This document shows, piece after piece, positions 12,384 to 22,220 of a stretch of 64,000 bases of DNA (position 1 is its first letter; the number at the start of each line of letters is the position of its first letter). The notes beneath the pieces are model-generated. The model saw only the letters and a list, made by a program, of their open reading frames with translations. It ran no database searches and had not been told where the DNA came from. The position numbers and the translations under genes are program-made. The DNA comes from Acidiferrobacterales bacterium (GTDB lineage Bacteria; Pseudomonadota; Gammaproteobacteria; Acidiferrobacterales; SPGG2): contig JBHIDJ010000006.1 of NCBI GenBank assembly GCA_046760105.1, forward strand, positions 3,197-67,196, written 5' to 3'.

Positions 12384-12399
12384 GAAAGCTCGCCGCGTG

Positions 12400-14391
12400 C
12401 TAACGCGTCGCGGCGTGGAACCCCATCACCAGCCGTTTTAAGCTCTTGGTGTGCGCCGTCCCGCTTAGGCCTCCGTAGCGCAGACGCAAGTAAAGATCAG
12501 TGATGGCATCCACCGCGCCTTGGAGGTCAGGGCGCTCGGCCGTCACCCGTTGCGCAAACGCCAGTGCCCCTTCGGCTGGCCGACGTTCAAGCCCGACATG
12601 CGCGAGCTCACGACAAAAGCTCCGGTAAAGCCGCTGCACGCGATCGGTTTGCGGCCGTTGCCGCATCGGCCTGGCGAGCAGCAACAGGCTGCAAAGCACT
12701 ACAATGGCCAGTGTGGTGAGCAGACCGCGCCACGAAAGGGCCGGCATATGTAGTTGGCTTAGCAAGTGTTGTTGCTGCGCGTGGTCATAGCCCAGCACCG
12801 AACGGTGCCAAGCGACATTTGTGGCGTCCCAGTAAAGGCGCACCGTATGCCAGGACCGCGCGACCCATCCCAGTTCGATCAACCTGCGCACCGCCTCGGT
12901 GGGGAAACGGCCGAGCAGCACCCCGCGAAGTTCCAATTCGCGGACGGCATCGATACCGAGTTCGACCCGCTCGGGCGCTACCGCCGCGGTCGGATCCACC
13001 CGCAGCCAGCCCCGCTGCGGTACCCAAATCTCGGCCCAGGCATGGGCATCCGCCTGGCGGACGATCCAGTAGTTTCCGGCGGCATTGAACTCTCCGCCGA
13101 GGTACCCGGTGACGATGCGACTGGGTACACCCGCCGCGCGCATCAGCGTCACGAAGGCGGAGGCAAAATGGCCACAGAACCCCCTGCGCGTGTCGAACAA
13201 GAACTCGTCGATCGGGTCAATACCGAGCGGTGGCGGATTCAAGGTGTAGAAGAATGGCTGCTCGCGAAAATAGGCGAGCGCCATCTGCGCGATCGCGAGA
13301 TCGTCCGCCGATCGGGCGTGCCAGGTCCTTGCCAGCGCACGTACCCGTGGACTGATATGCTCCGGCAGCTGCAAGGCGAAGCCCCGTTCCGCGGAGTCGA
13401 GCGATCCGGTGTGATAGTGGGGATAAGAAATAACGCTGTACTGCATTCGATCGCGAATGGGGCGGCGGTGCTCGAGCAGATAACCAGGGCGCACTCGGGC
13501 GTGGCTAGGTACGACAATCGGCAGATCGAGCGCCAACATCCAGGGTTTGTTGCTGGGCTCCAGACTCACGGTGTATTTCACCGGCGCCCCCAGGCGCTGG
13601 AAGCGCCTCTTGGGGATCAACGTCTTTGCCGCCTCGCCACGCACCCAGCGTTGACCATCTGTTTGCCACAGCACGAGCGCACGCCAGTAAAGCTGCGAAG
13701 GTTTGGGTGGCTTACCTTCGAACTCCACGCGAAAGGCAGGCGTATAGGATGCGCTCAGGCGGTGAATGCTGCCGGGCTGCATGACCTCAGATAGACCCGT
13801 GAGACCGCTATAGGCGTCGCTCGGCAGCGACCACAAGCCGCCTTGTATTCGTGGAAACAGGATGAACATGGCAAGCATTAACGGCAGGCCCTTGAGCATC
13901 AGCATGCCTGCCAGCTGCAGGTCGTAGCGCCAGTCGGCGCTGGCAGGTTGGTTGAGCCGCACGAGGGTGGCAATGCTCGTCAGTACCACGAGTCCCCCGT
14001 AAAGCACCATCATCGGTGTCTGCGAGTGAAGAAAGGCGGCTAACACCAGCAGGTAGCATAGGCACACGGCCACTACACAATCGCGAAGCTGGCGGAGCTC
14101 CAGGAGCTTCAACGCCAGTAAACCCGCGAGCAACCCGGCACCGGCGTCACGGCCAAGCAGGGTGCCATAATGCCGATAGATGGCGGCGACGAGCAGAAGC
14201 GTTAGGCTGAGACGCAGCAAACGGCCGGGCGTCGACCAGCCGCGATTGTCGATCGCGAAGCGCCAGATCATCCCGCCGGCGCACGCCAACAGGACCCAGA
14301 CGGGCAGCGTGCGCATATGCGGGGCCAAGGCGAGCACCCCGGTTACCAGGAGGCTATTCAGTCCCCAACGCTCCGGCCTAGGCTGCGTCAC
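12400..14391 (-). CDS. tgpA: transglutaminase TgpA-like membrane protein (DUF3488 + transglutaminase core)
   Basis: 663 aa. Multi-TM N-terminus. Cys-His-Asp core context is RRGFCGHFASAFVTLMRAAGVPSRIV, DAHAWAEIW, GWLRVDPT. Last gene of the MoxR-DUF58 operon. Confidence 0.8.
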   Translation of the reverse strand: MTQPRPERWGLNSLLVTGVLALAPHMRTLPVWVLLACAGGMIWRFAIDNRGWSTPGRLLRLSLTLLLVAAIYRHYGTLLGRDAGAGLLAGLLALKLLELRQLRDCVVAVCLCYLLVLAAFLHSQTPMMVLYGGLVVLTSIATLVRLNQPASADWRYDLQLAGMLMLKGLPLMLAMFILFPRIQGGLWSLPSDAYSGLTGLSEVMQPGSIHRLSASYTPAFRVEFEGKPPKPSQLYWRALVLWQTDGQRWVRGEAAKTLIPKRRFQRLGAPVKYTVSLEPSNKPWMLALDLPIVVPSHARVRPGYLLEHRRPIRDRMQYSVISYPHYHTGSLDSAERGFALQLPEHISPRVRALARTWHARSADDLAIAQMALAYFREQPFFYTLNPPPLGIDPIDEFLFDTRRGFCGHFASAFVTLMRAAGVPSRIVTGYLGGEFNAAGNYWIVRQADAHAWAEIWVPQRGWLRVDPTAAVAPERVELGIDAVRELELRGVLLGRFPTEAVRRLIELGWVARSWHTVRLYWDATNVAWHRSVLGYDHAQQQHLLSQLHMPALSWRGLLTTLAIVVLCSLLLLARPMRQRPQTDRVQRLYRSFCRELAHVGLERRPAEGALAFAQRVTAERPDLQGAVDAITDLYLRLRYGGLSGTAHTKSLKRLVMGFHAATR

Positions 14392-15310
14392 TACTTGTGT
14401 ACCCCGGAAACAGCGCCAACGCCGTCAAACATTGGTGCCGGTGGTGCTCGCCGCTCGCGGGCCCCAACGTCGTGCCGGGTAGGCGCAGGCCGTACTGGAG
14501 GCCCGCCTGCTCGCAGTCCAATACCCAGCGGCAAAGCTGGCTAAGCCGTTGCTCGTGGTCGAGCCCGGCCAGCGTAGCCCAATCGAGCCAGACGCTGGCG
14601 CGATAGCTTCCCCCGAATTGCTTCGTCAGCATACCGCGGCCGCGTGCTACGGCCTTCCAACTGACGTGGCGGGGCGAATCGCCGGGTCGGAACTCTCGCA
14701 GGCCACGGAAGTCCTCACCGTCCGGTTGCAAGCCAGGGTCCTGGCGCGCGTGTATAGCGACGCCGATCGGAGTGGACATGAAACGCACCGGTCGTGGATA
14801 GACGAGGCAGCGGTTATCGAGGTTGATGCGCCGGGACCAGGCATAGAGAAAGCCGAGCGGAAATCGGGTGGACACGACGACCGGTGGCGCCGCGAGATAA
14901 CCACGCCGCCGCGCTGGCACCGCCAGGCACACGCAGGCTTGCCCACACTCTACCACGTCGACGCGACCAACCTGGGTTTTGTCGCTTTCCACGCACACCC
15001 CGACGCGCGCTGCGGTCCTGTCGTTGCTGAGGCACACGGGGAAGTCCGCACGCTCGCCGACGAATACCGGAGCGCACGCTCCTGGCGAGACACGCAGACC
15101 AAGCAGGTTGCGATGAGTGTAGAGCATGGACACCACCGCCACCGCGGCGAGCCAAAAGGTCAGGCCGAAGGCGAGCGCATTGCTGTAGTTAATGGCGGCC
15201 ACCAGCAACACCAGCAGCACCAGGCTGAATAGCCACCCGAACCGCGTAGGCAGGATATACAGCTGACGTCGCTGCAGGACCACCTCATCGGGAGGTCGCG
15301 GTGTGGACAT
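14378..15310 (-). CDS. DUF58 domain protein
   Basis: 310 aa. N-terminal double TM and FRGLREFRPGDSPRHVSWKAVARG, the typical DUF58 motif. The start shares one base with the MoxR stop codon (5'-TGATG-3' on the minus strand). Confidence 0.8.
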   Translation of the reverse strand: MSTPRPPDEVVLQRRQLYILPTRFGWLFSLVLLVLLVAAINYSNALAFGLTFWLAAVAVVSMLYTHRNLLGLRVSPGACAPVFVGERADFPVCLSNDRTAARVGVCVESDKTQVGRVDVVECGQACVCLAVPARRRGYLAAPPVVVSTRFPLGFLYAWSRRINLDNRCLVYPRPVRFMSTPIGVAIHARQDPGLQPDGEDFRGLREFRPGDSPRHVSWKAVARGRGMLTKQFGGSYRASVWLDWATLAGLDHEQRLSQLCRWVLDCEQAGLQYGLRLPGTTLGPASGEHHRHQCLTALALFPGYTSSDAA

Positions 15311-16266
15311 CAGGGTATTGGAACCGACTCCAACAGGCGCTCTATCCTAGCATCCGCCGGCTCGTCCGCCGCACCTTCGCTGGGCCGCAGTCGGTGCGTC
15401 ATTACGCTAGGTGCCACCGTTTGCACATCCTCAGGCAGGACCATGTCGCGCCCTTCGAGCAACGCCCACGCCTGTGCGCTATGCAATAGCGCGAGCCCCG
15501 CACGCGGCGACAGGCCATTGGCAAAACGCCCCGAGCGCCGCGTGGTGACAATCAGATCCTGTACATAGTCCAGCAATGCATCGCTGCCGTGAATTCCACC
15601 GACATGCTGTTGTAGTGTCAGCAGTTGCTTACCATCGATGATCGGGATCAGGTTGGCCAGCATGTCGCGTCGGTCGCGGCCCTTTAATAGCGCGCGCTCG
15701 GCTTGCCTGTCTGGATAGCCCATCTCGATGCGCATTAGGAAGCGGTCGAGCTGTGACTCGGGCAACGGAAAGGTGCCGACCAGATGCCGGGGATTCTGTG
15801 TGGCGATGACAAAAAAGGGTTCCGGCAACTTCTGCGTCTCGCCGTCGCTGGTTACTTGGCGTTCTTCCATCGCCTCGAGCAGCGCGCTCTGGGTTTTCGG
15901 TGTGGTGCGGTTGATCTCGTCGGCGAGCACCAGCTGGGCGAATATCGGTCCGGGATGAAAACGGAACTCCTGGCTTTCGAGCTGATAAACCGACACCCCA
16001 AGAATATCCGCCGGTAACAGGTCACTGGTGAATTGAATGCGATTGAACTTGAGCCCAAGCGCGTGTGCCAACACATGCGCGAGCGTGGTTTTGCCTACAC
16101 CGGGCAAGTCCTCGATCAGCAGATGGCCACGGGCAAGCAAACACGCCAGCGCCAGGCGCACCTGTTTCTCCTTGCCCAACACCACCTGCCCTACTTGGTT
16201 GATAATGGCTGTCAGTATCGAGCGGACATTCTCCGTCTGTCTTTCGGGCAGGTGGGTCATCGGCAT
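15310..16266 (-). CDS. MoxR-family AAA+ ATPase
   Basis: GHLLIEDLPGVGKTTLAHVLAHAL (Walker A), LADEINRTTPKTQSALLEAMEERQVT (Walker B/AAA_3), FFVIATQNP. Start ATG 16266 or 16260. Confidence 0.9.
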   Translation of the reverse strand: MPMTHLPERQTENVRSILTAIINQVGQVVLGKEKQVRLALACLLARGHLLIEDLPGVGKTTLAHVLAHALGLKFNRIQFTSDLLPADILGVSVYQLESQEFRFHPGPIFAQLVLADEINRTTPKTQSALLEAMEERQVTSDGETQKLPEPFFVIATQNPRHLVGTFPLPESQLDRFLMRIEMGYPDRQAERALLKGRDRRDMLANLIPIIDGKQLLTLQQHVGGIHGSDALLDYVQDLIVTTRRSGRFANGLSPRAGLALLHSAQAWALLEGRDMVLPEDVQTVAPSVMTHRLRPSEGAADEPADARIERLLESVPIP

Positions 16267-16444
16267 GTGCGTGAGGCTGCAGTGTGGGTTCGGCCGCAAG
16301 GCCTAAATATCTACCTACTTTATAGTCAATGACAACCTGGGTGTCACAGAGATCCACCCCTCGTTCGGTGGCGCATACATACCTAGCCGCTTGGCGATGG
16401 TGCTATGATGCGCGCCGGCAACCCGTTTGCGCTATGCATTAACC

Positions 16445-18319
16445 ATGTTTTATCCAGAACCCTATGACATCATCATCATCGGCGGCGGTCACGCCGGTAC
16501 CGAAGCGGCCGCCGCCGCGGCTCGCATGGGCTGTAAAACCTTGCTGCTTACGCACAACATCGAAACCATTGGGCAGATGTCTTGCAACCCGGCGATTGGC
16601 GGGATCGGCAAGGGACATCTGGTGAAGGAAATCGATGCCATGGGTGGGATTATGGCACGTGCGACCGATCGCGCCGGCATCCATTTTCGGGTGTTGAACG
16701 CGCGTAAGGGAGCGGCGGTCCGCGCCACGCGTGCGCAGGCGGATCGCGTATTGTACAAGGTCGCGGCGCGCAGCCTGCTGGAAGACCAGCCCAACCTGAC
16801 TCTGTTTCAGCAAGCAGCTGATGATCTCGTGGTCGAAGGCGATGAGGTCCGTGGTGTGCTAACGCAGATGGGCTTGGCCTTTCGCGCCCGCGCCGTCGTG
16901 TTGACCACCGGTACCTTCCTCGGCGGACGCATCCATATTGGTCTGTCCAACTATCAGGGCGGGCGCGCCGGTGATCCGCCGGCAAACGCATTGGCGGCGC
17001 GGTTGCGCGAGCTGCCGTTACACGTGGGTCGCCTTAAGACCGGTACACCGCCTCGCATTGACGGCAAAACGATTAACTACGCGCTCATGGAAGAACAACC
17101 AGGCGACACGCCAACGCCTGTATTCTCGTATCTGGGCTCCGCCGCTGAACACCCGCCGCAGGTGCTGTGCCACATCACCCACACGAACGCGCACACGCAT
17201 GAAATTATTCGTGCAGGTCTTGATCGCTCCCCGATGTACACCGGCGTCATCGACGGTGTCGGCCCGCGCTATTGCCCGTCGATCGAAGACAAGGTTGTGC
17301 GCTTTGCCGACAAGCACTCGCATCAGATCTTCGTCGAGCCGGAAGGCCTGAACACGAGCGAGATCTATCCAAACGGCATCTCCACCAGTTTGCCGTTCGA
17401 CGTACAGTGGCAGCTGGTGCGTTCGATCAAGGGGTTCGAGCACGCCACCACCACGCGCCCAGGTTACGCCATCGAGTACGACTATTTCGACCCGCGCGGC
17501 CTGAAACCCACGCTGGAGACTAAAGTAATCACGGGCCTTTTCTTCGCCGGTCAGATCAACGGGACCACGGGTTACGAAGAAGCGGCAGCGCAGGGGCTTG
17601 TCGCCGGCATCAACGCCGCGCGGCACGTGCAGGGACGCGAGCCGTGGTGGCCGCGGCGTGACCAGGCCTACATGGGGGTGCTCATCGACGACCTTATTAC
17701 CCGCGGTACGGATGAGCCCTATCGCATGTTCACCTCGCGCGCCGAGTACCGCCTGCTACTTCGTGAAGACAATGCCGATCTGCGCTTGACCGAAATCGCA
17801 CACCGCCTGGGATTGCTGGATGATCTCCGCTGGGCACGGTTTTGCGCCAAGCGTGATACGATCGAGGCAGAACGCGAGCGCCTCGCTAGCAGCTGGGTGC
17901 GTCCGGAAGAGATCTCGCGCGAGCAAGCCATCAAGGCCCTCGGGCAGCCACTAACCCGGGCGTGCACCGCGTTCGACCTGCTGCGCCGCCCGGAGCTGAG
18001 CTATGAGGCAATTGCTGGCCTGCTGGATGAAGGCGCGGTCGTTAGCGATCGCGCCGTCACCCAGCAGCTGGAGATTATGGCCAAGTACTCCGGGTACATC
18101 GAGCGGCAGGCGCGAGAGATCGAGAGCCATAGCAAGCACGAGAACACCGCATTGCCAACACAGTTGGATTACGGAGCGGTGCGCGGGCTTTCGGTCGAGG
18201 TCCAGCAGAAACTCAACGCGCACAGGCCGGCGACCCTGGGTCAGGCATCGCGGATCTCTGGCGTGACCCCGGCGGCGATCTCATTGTTGCTCGTGCATCT
18301 CAAGCGCAAACGCGCCTAA
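16445..18319 (+). CDS. mnmG: tRNA uridine 5-carboxymethylaminomethyl modification enzyme MnmG (GidA)
   Basis: [22 protein letters not shown]..., [33 protein letters not shown]. Start set to ATG 16445. Confidence 0.97.
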   Translation: MFYPEPYDIIIIGGGHAGTEAAAAAARMGCKTLLLTHNIETIGQMSCNPAIGGIGKGHLVKEIDAMGGIMARATDRAGIHFRVLNARKGAAVRATRAQADRVLYKVAARSLLEDQPNLTLFQQAADDLVVEGDEVRGVLTQMGLAFRARAVVLTTGTFLGGRIHIGLSNYQGGRAGDPPANALAARLRELPLHVGRLKTGTPPRIDGKTINYALMEEQPGDTPTPVFSYLGSAAEHPPQVLCHITHTNAHTHEIIRAGLDRSPMYTGVIDGVGPRYCPSIEDKVVRFADKHSHQIFVEPEGLNTSEIYPNGISTSLPFDVQWQLVRSIKGFEHATTTRPGYAIEYDYFDPRGLKPTLETKVITGLFFAGQINGTTGYEEAAAQGLVAGINAARHVQGREPWWPRRDQAYMGVLIDDLITRGTDEPYRMFTSRAEYRLLLREDNADLRLTEIAHRLGLLDDLRWARFCAKRDTIEAERERLASSWVRPEEISREQAIKALGQPLTRACTAFDLLRRPELSYEAIAGLLDEGAVVSDRAVTQQLEIMAKYSGYIERQAREIESHSKHENTALPTQLDYGAVRGLSVEVQQKLNAHRPATLGQASRISGVTPAAISLLLVHLKRKRA

Positions 18320-18320
18320 A

Positions 18321-18416
18321 CTCGTTAACTGTAAATCGTTAGTCGTGAAGCGAGACTACGGCGCTGGCGTAACGCCGCACAATTTACACCTCACGGATCA
18401 CGACTAACGGTTTTAA
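18321..18416. repeat. heptamer-array inverted-repeat element, TCGTGAA/..TAACGA family, copy 2
   Basis: Left units are ctcgtta actgtaa atcgtta gtcgtga agcgaga. Right units are cctcacg gatcacg actaacg. A perfect 12-bp inverted repeat pairs cgttagtcgtga (18337-18348) with tcacgactaacg (18398-18409). Shares the 11-mer cacgactaacg with copy 1. Begins 2 nt after the mnmG stop. Confidence 0.8.
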
Positions 18417-18591
18417 CCCACGGCGGGGTCAAGGTGTTGAACAGGCCGCACTACGGCGTTGACGGTTTCGTAGGCGATCGAGCCCGACTGACCGTCGGGC
18501 GCCGCCATCAAGTCGCGACTAGTTACACCCTGGTGGTCAGGGTGTGGTTATGACGTGCCTTGTAGCAATCGCTTGTCGGCAGCGGTACGCA

Positions 18592-18630
18592 CAAAAAAAG
18601 AACCAGCGCGGATGGTGCCCGCGCTGGTTC
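18592..18630 (-). terminator. rho-independent terminator of the DUF2914 gene
   Basis: Perfect 11-bp stem GAACCAGCGCG (18600-18610) with CGCGCTGGTTC (18620-18630) and a 9-nt loop. Followed on the minus strand by a U-run (A-run 18592-18599 on plus). Confidence 0.8.
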
Positions 18631-18656
18631 TGATTCTCAGAAACAAAATCAAGCTA

Positions 18657-19160
18657 CTATTGGCTGCCGCTCTCGCCTGTTGACATGCCCTGTTCAACCG
18701 AGCCGGTGACCGCGCCCGTGTAGAGGAACGTGGTTACGCTCAGCGGGCTGCCAGATGAATCGACCACCGAGACTTTCCAGTCACCCAACCACATCGGTTC
18801 CAGATTCTTGCTCGAGTAGACCCGCCAACGTGCCCCGCCTATATGAAACGGGATCTCGGCCATGACTTGGCCGTTGTATTCCCAACGGTGCATGATCGTC
18901 TCGCCCGCCATATCGCGAATTTCGGTAAAATAGTAGATCTTGGAGTTGTCATTGCTCAGGGTCGTAATCGAGTCGATCGGCTCGCGGTCCTGGACGCCGC
19001 TCGTAACGGTCGCGCGGGCAACCCATCCAGCGCTCGGGGCAGTCGTAGTCGCTACCTCGGTCGCGGCAGCGCTCGGGTCCGAGTCCGCAGTGGTAGCCAG
19101 GGCGCTCTGCAGCGGAGCTGCGGTCAGTGTGGCGATTATCGCAATGCTTGCAAACCTCAT
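18657..19160 (-). CDS. secreted DUF2914 domain protein
   Basis: Start ATG 19160 preceded by GGAGGAAACC. Signal peptide MRFASIAIIATLTAAPLQSALA. Core is IYYFTEIRDMAGETIMHRWEYNGQVMAEIPFHIGGARWRVYSSKNL...GDWKVSVVD. Confidence 0.75.
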   Translation of the reverse strand: MRFASIAIIATLTAAPLQSALATTADSDPSAAATEVATTTAPSAGWVARATVTSGVQDREPIDSITTLSNDNSKIYYFTEIRDMAGETIMHRWEYNGQVMAEIPFHIGGARWRVYSSKNLEPMWLGDWKVSVVDSSGSPLSVTTFLYTGAVTGSVEQGMSTGESGSQ

Positions 19161-19384
19161 GGTTTCCTCCTTACGAAAAACATCAATTGCAGTATGCCAG
19201 GCACCCCCGGCCGATGCGCCGGGATGGCACGATACGTTATTCACTGTAGACTCGCGGTCGAGGCCACGACACCATAACCGGACGAAGGGACGAAAACCCT
19301 GGACCAACCGCAAACTAGCAGCGACGGCCATTCATCCAGGACCCAACAGCGCTTACACTTCTGTGCCCCGAAAGGAGACCCTAC

Positions 19385-19840
19385 ATGCGCAACGCGACGA
19401 TGCTTATTTTGATGGCGACACTGCTTTTCTCCGTTTTTGCCGCCAGGGCGGGCGGCTTGATGCTCACACGGAGCCACCACAGCGTCTCACAGACGCTGGA
19501 TCGTCTGGAGGCGGCGCTGCGGGTCAAGGGGCTAAAGATCTTCGCTCGCATTGATCATGGTGCTGGTGCCGGCGCGGCAGGGGTGTCATTGCGCCCGACG
19601 CAGCTGCTGATCTTCGGCAACCCGAAATTGGGCAGTCAGCTGTTTACCAGCAACCAAACAGCCGGCATCGATTTGCCCATGAAGGCGCTTGCGTGGGAGG
19701 ATGCCGAGGGCCAAGTATGGGTCGCTTATAACGATCCGCAGTACATCGCCGATCGCCACAGGATCCACGATCGCGCCGCAGTAATCGAGAAAATGAGCGG
19801 TGCGTTGAAGAAATTAGTGGGTCAGGCCACCCAGCGTTAA
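19385..19840 (+). CDS. DUF302 domain protein (signal peptide)
   Basis: KIFARIDHGAGAGAAGVSLRPTQLLIFGNPKLGSQLFTSNQTAGIDLPMKALAWEDAEGQVWVAYNDP is the typical DUF302 core. SD AAAGGAG lies upstream. The stop is 5 nt before the rsmG start. Confidence 0.8.
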   Translation: MRNATMLILMATLLFSVFAARAGGLMLTRSHHSVSQTLDRLEAALRVKGLKIFARIDHGAGAGAAGVSLRPTQLLIFGNPKLGSQLFTSNQTAGIDLPMKALAWEDAEGQVWVAYNDPQYIADRHRIHDRAAVIEKMSGALKKLVGQATQR

Positions 19841-19845
19841 GGACC

Positions 19846-20469
19846 TTGGAGCTTGCCGAGTGCCTCGCCACCGGGCTTGATGAGCTCGGTCTTTGTTCCA
19901 CCCCGGCGGCGCACGGGAAGTTGTTGCAGTATGTTCGGCTGCTGGAAAAGTGGAATCGGGTTTATAATCTGACCGCTGTGCGCGACGCGCGAGCCATGGT
20001 TACGCGCCACATTCTGGACAGCGCTGCCATAGTGCCTTGGGTTATGGGGCCGCGGGTGCTCGATGTCGGCACAGGCGCGGGTTTGCCCGGGATACCACTG
20101 GCGTTGTTGCTACCGGCAACACGGTTCGTGTTGCTCGATAGCAGGGCCAAGAAATCACGTTTTGTTCGGCAGGTCGTAGCGGAATTGGAACTCGCCAACG
20201 TTGAAGTGGTTTGCGAGCGCGCCGAGAAGTTCCAGCCGGCGCACAAATTCGATACCCTGGCTACACGTGCACTCGCACCTATTACAGATATTCTTGCAAC
20301 AAGTGGCCATTTGTGTGCCGCGGCTGGCCATATCCTGATTATGAAAGGCACCTATCCGCGGGAGGAACTCACTGACATTCCGGATGATTACGCGCTCGCC
20401 GATATCAAGCGGCTGCACGTCCCCGGCCTGGCTGCGGAACGCCACCTCGTGATCATCGAAAGGCGGTAA
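19846..20469 (+). CDS. rsmG: 16S rRNA (guanine527-N7)-methyltransferase RsmG (GidB)
   Basis: LLEKWNRVYNLTAVRDARAMVTRHILDS, VLDVGTGAGLPGIPLAL SAM motif. TTG start. Confidence 0.9.
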   Translation: MELAECLATGLDELGLCSTPAAHGKLLQYVRLLEKWNRVYNLTAVRDARAMVTRHILDSAAIVPWVMGPRVLDVGTGAGLPGIPLALLLPATRFVLLDSRAKKSRFVRQVVAELELANVEVVCERAEKFQPAHKFDTLATRALAPITDILATSGHLCAAAGHILIMKGTYPREELTDIPDDYALADIKRLHVPGLAAERHLVIIERR

Positions 20470-20482
20470 AGAGCCGGCCACT

Positions 20483-21250
20483 ATGGGCAAGATAATCGCT
20501 ATCGCTAATCAAAAGGGGGGCGTCGGAAAGACCACCACTGGCATTAATCTCGCCGCCTCACTGGTGAAGACGCGCCGCCGGGTCATGCTGATCGACTTGG
20601 ATCCGCAGGGTAACGCCACCATGGGGAGCGGAGTGAACAAGCAAGAACTGGCGACCAGCACTTATGAGGCCCTCATTGGTCATGCATCGATCGCTGCGGC
20701 TCGCATCTGCGTGGATGCCGGTTATGATCTGGTGCCAGCTAATGACGATTTGTCGGGCACGCAGGTCGAGTTGATCAACCTCGAGCGTCGTGAATGTCGA
20801 TTGCGCGACGCATTGGCGAACGTCCGCGATCAATACGACTATGTACTCGTCGACTGTCCGCCGGCGTTGAATTTGCTAACGGTTAACGCATTGGTGGCGG
20901 CGCACACGGTCATGATTCCCATGCAATGCGAGTACTACGCACTCGAAGGTTTGACCGCGCTCTTGAATATCATTAGCAAGATTCGTGAGTCCTTAAACCC
21001 GCAGCTCAAGATTGAGGGCCTGCTACGCACGATGTTCGATCCACGCAATAACCTGGACAACGAAGTCTCCGCGCAGCTCAGGCAACATTTCGGCGACAAA
21101 CTTTATCGTACGATCATCCCACGCAATGTGCGGCTTGCGGAAGCGCCCAGCTACGGCAAGCCGGTGATCAATTACGATATGCAGTCCAAAGGTGCGCAGG
21201 CATACCTGGCGCTAGCGGGCGAGATCTTGCGACGCAATGAGGCGGCATAA
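20483..21250 (+). CDS. parA: chromosome partitioning ATPase ParA/Soj
   Basis: MGKIIAIANQKGGVGKTTTGINLAA deviant Walker A, LIDLDPQGNAT, YVLVDCPPAL. Confidence 0.94.
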   Translation: MGKIIAIANQKGGVGKTTTGINLAASLVKTRRRVMLIDLDPQGNATMGSGVNKQELATSTYEALIGHASIAAARICVDAGYDLVPANDDLSGTQVELINLERRECRLRDALANVRDQYDYVLVDCPPALNLLTVNALVAAHTVMIPMQCEYYALEGLTALLNIISKIRESLNPQLKIEGLLRTMFDPRNNLDNEVSAQLRQHFGDKLYRTIIPRNVRLAEAPSYGKPVINYDMQSKGAQAYLALAGEILRRNEAA

Positions 21251-21263
21251 TGAGGCCACGACA

Positions 21264-22121
21264 ATGAGCGACAAGAAACCACGACTGGGTCGCGGGCTCG
21301 ACGCGCTGCTGGACGCAACCGTCAAGCCTTTGCCCGGCAGGGAGGCGCTGCGTAACATTCCGATCGATCTGCTTCAACGCGGCAAGTATCAACCGCGTAC
21401 GCATATCGATAAGCGTGCGCTCAACGAACTCGCCGATTCAATTCGTACCGAGGGGTTGGTACAACCCATTGTGGTACGTGAACTGAAGAACGGGAATTAT
21501 GAGATCATCGCCGGCGAAAGACGGTGGCGCGCCGCGCAGATAGTCGGTCTCGATACGATACCCGCGATGGTGCGCAGAGTCCCGGATGAAGCTGTAATTG
21601 CGATCGCCCTCATTGAGAACATTCAACGCGAAGACCTGAACCCATTGGAAGAAGCATCGGCGTTACAGCGCTTGCTGAATGAATTCGGCATGACTCATCA
21701 ACAGGTGGCGACGCGAGTGGGACGCTCACGTGCCGCCGTCACCAATATACTGCGGCTGCTCACACTCAATAGCGATGTGCGTACCTTGCTGGAACAAGGT
21801 AAGCTCGATATGGGCCACGCGCGCGCGCTGTTGGCGTTGACCGGGAAAGCACAGAGCCAGGTGGCTCGCCAGGTGGCAAGACAAGGCCTGTCTGTGCGTG
21901 CGACCGAAGCCCTTGTGCGTCGTCGCCTGAAGCAAACGACGACTCGCAAGACACCACACCGGGGATCGGTTGACCCAGATACCCGCGCTTTGCAAGACCG
22001 GCTATCGGAGCGATTGGGCGCCAAGGTGCGCATCGTGCACAAGCGCAGTGGTAGAGGAACATTGATCATCCACTATAACAGCACGGAGGAGCTGGAGGGC
22101 ATATTGAGTCACATTCGGTAA
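21264..22121 (+). CDS. parB: chromosome partitioning protein ParB/Spo0J
   Basis: MSDKKPRLGRGLDALL, IIAGERRWRAAQ, HTH THQQVATRVGRSRAAVTNILRLL. Start set to ATG 21264. Confidence 0.94.
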   Translation: MSDKKPRLGRGLDALLDATVKPLPGREALRNIPIDLLQRGKYQPRTHIDKRALNELADSIRTEGLVQPIVVRELKNGNYEIIAGERRWRAAQIVGLDTIPAMVRRVPDEAVIAIALIENIQREDLNPLEEASALQRLLNEFGMTHQQVATRVGRSRAAVTNILRLLTLNSDVRTLLEQGKLDMGHARALLALTGKAQSQVARQVARQGLSVRATEALVRRRLKQTTTRKTPHRGSVDPDTRALQDRLSERLGAKVRIVHKRSGRGTLIIHYNSTEELEGILSHIR

Positions 22122-22220
22122 TTGGCGGTGCTGAAGGACGAGCGCTGGCGGTTACCTTGTTTGGCGCCTATAAGTTAAGTTAAGGAGTGGCGAAGGTTGC
22201 CCCGAAAGGAGGCGTCTGTG

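Noticed and set aside
12766-13794. 342-aa ORF on the plus strand opposite tgpA. Similar long antisense ORFs include 9154..9987 opposite yidC, 24062..24877 opposite atpE/atpF, and 25464..26267 opposite atpA.
   Set aside because: These are typical high-GC antisense open frames. They have Arg/Pro/Ala-rich low-complexity translations and no recognisable motifs or SD. The opposite strand encodes clearly conserved proteins over the full length.
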